A stretch of 64,000 bases of DNA, from positions 442,308-506,307 of the forward strand of contig DAJPGF010000001.1 in NCBI GenBank assembly GCA_025992755.1, in the 5' to 3' direction. The notes beneath the pieces are model-generated. The model saw only the letters and a list, made by a program, of their open reading frames with translations, did not search any database and was not told the origin of the DNA. The stretch is from Coriobacteriaceae bacterium. GTDB taxonomy: Bacteria; Actinomycetota; Coriobacteriia; Coriobacteriales; Coriobacteriaceae. Each line of letters starts with the position of its first letter. Position 1 is the stretch's first letter. This document shows, in pieces, positions 63,945 through 64,000 of the stretch. Made by a program: the position numbers and the translations under genes.

Positions 63945-64000
63945 TGAAGCCCGCAGAGATTCGTGAGCTCTCGGACGCTCAGCTCGTTGAGAAGCTGAAG
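63944..64000 (+). CDS. rpmC: 50S ribosomal protein L29 (5' fragment, runs off the window)
   Basis: ATG 63944 overlaps the rpl[23 protein letters not shown] is the typical L29 N-terminus in the expected operon position. Confidence 0.85.
   Translation, partial: MKPAEIRELSDAQLVEKLK

Overview
High-GC Gram-positive chromosomal segment. I infer Actinomycetota, possibly Coriobacteriia or Collinsella-like, from gene content and protein style only.

The backbone is core housekeeping:
- asnS
- rplJ-rplL
- galU
- rpoB-rpoC
- rpsL-rpsG-fusA
- rpsJ
- a complete Firmicutes-style FASII/acetyl-CoA carboxylase cluster: birA, fabH-acpP-fabK-fabD-fabG-fabF-accB-fabZ-accC-accDA
- rplC-rplD-rplW, then rplB-rpsS-rplV-rpsC-rplP-rpmC

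Accessory modules sit between these:
- PTS EIIA and an alpha/beta hydrolase
- a GntR / DDAH-like hydrolase / basic amino-acid antiporter cassette, bracketed by tandem hairpin-repeat arrays
- a feoA-feoB fusion
- a glv-like PTS-EIICB / RpiR / GH4 phospho-glucosidase module
- an MFS transporter, a GH13 amylase-family enzyme, a hypoxanthine/uracil-DNA-glycosylase-family protein and an aminotransferase
- an ECF sigma / anti-sigma pair wedged between rpoC and rpsL

The most interesting region is a roughly 7.3-kb stretch at about 17.4-25.0 kb. By eye it is more AT-rich than its flanks. It is bounded by about 150-180 bp direct repeats that duplicate the 3' end of the MFS gene plus its terminator hairpin. 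It carries one tightly coupled minus-strand operon:
- a dynamin-like GTPase
- a 1143-aa HerA/FtsK-type P-loop ATPase with a Ser/Thr-rich tract
- an HNH/EndoVII-fold (GH-E/WHH-like) nuclease
- a small immunity-like protein

I know of no named system with this combination and flag it as the candidate novel conflict/defence system.

Other observations:
- three families of interspersed palindromic repeats
- a motif recurring upstream of four ribosomal-protein units
- an S10 operon split by 13.8 kb
- apparent frameshifts in galU and at the 5' end of the dynamin-like gene
- an alpha-CTD-like C-terminal extension on RpoC

I recognised no rRNA, tRNA or CRISPR array. All family assignments come from reading motifs by eye, without database searches.
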